Below, in pieces: positions 63,858 through 64,000 of a DNA stretch of 64,000 nucleotides. A program made the position numbers and the translations under genes. Numbering within the stretch: position 1 is the first letter of the stretch; each line of letters opens with the position of its first letter. Below the pieces are notes generated by a model. It was given only the letters and a program-made list of their open reading frames with translations. It had not been told where the DNA came from and ran no database searches. The DNA is taken from positions 244,896 through 308,895 of IMG/VR virus record IMGVR_UViG_3300012988_000016. The stretch is one strand, 5' to 3'.

Positions 63858-64000
63858 ATGACCAAACGCAACCAACTATTCTCAGGCCCGTTCGACATGG
63901 AATGTACTTTCACTGATGCTGGCATGCAGCCACTTCGGCAGACCGTCACTTCGTTCGATCAGATCTTCACCCTACTGGTTCGATTGAACCAAACCTACAC
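63858..64000 (+). CDS. 5' end of hypothetical protein (partial)
   Basis: Class A motif 63824-63852, ATG at 34 nt; frame open to the window end. Confidence 0.6.
   Translation, partial: MTKRNQLFSGPFDMECTFTDAGMQPLRQTVTSFDQIFTLLVRLNQTY

Noticed and set aside
1-64000. CRISPR array, rRNA or IS transposase
   Set aside because: No regularly spaced direct repeats, rRNA-like sequence or transposase motifs were seen.

Overview
About 64 kb of what looks like a large (jumbo-type) dsDNA phage genome of moderate GC content. The host is tentatively Myxococcota, judged from Cys-rich and Gly/Ala-linker lipoproteins. The window holds roughly 130 short, tightly packed, mostly minus-strand hypothetical genes, interrupted by a two-gene virion cassette: a 391-aa protein and a 2446-aa tail-fibre-like protein with three ~400-aa repeats and a collagen tract. 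Recognisable products are a beta-class amino-DNA methyltransferase, a P-loop kinase, two paralogous AAA+ ATPases, two SLOG-like proteins, PDZ, DUF551, DUF2158, DUF4325 and DUF6197-like proteins, and a degenerate tyrosine recombinase fused to a GIY-YIG domain. The most striking signal is regulatory. Two recurring motifs sit at fixed distances from start codons. Class A is TTAAYTT-N12-YCCGTTCTA-N6-ATG (ECF-sigma-like, about 28 copies). Class B is GGTGTA-N8-11-ATG (about 31 copies). Both suggest pervasive leaderless transcription. The class A copies lacking a start codon at +1 point into structured RNAs: three atypical tRNA-like genes, a convergently promoted ~150-nt RNA and a structured leader. 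A sharp strand-independent GC-skew flip at ~51.0-51.2 kb marks a candidate origin or genome junction. All family assignments are from motif recognition by eye; no searches were run.
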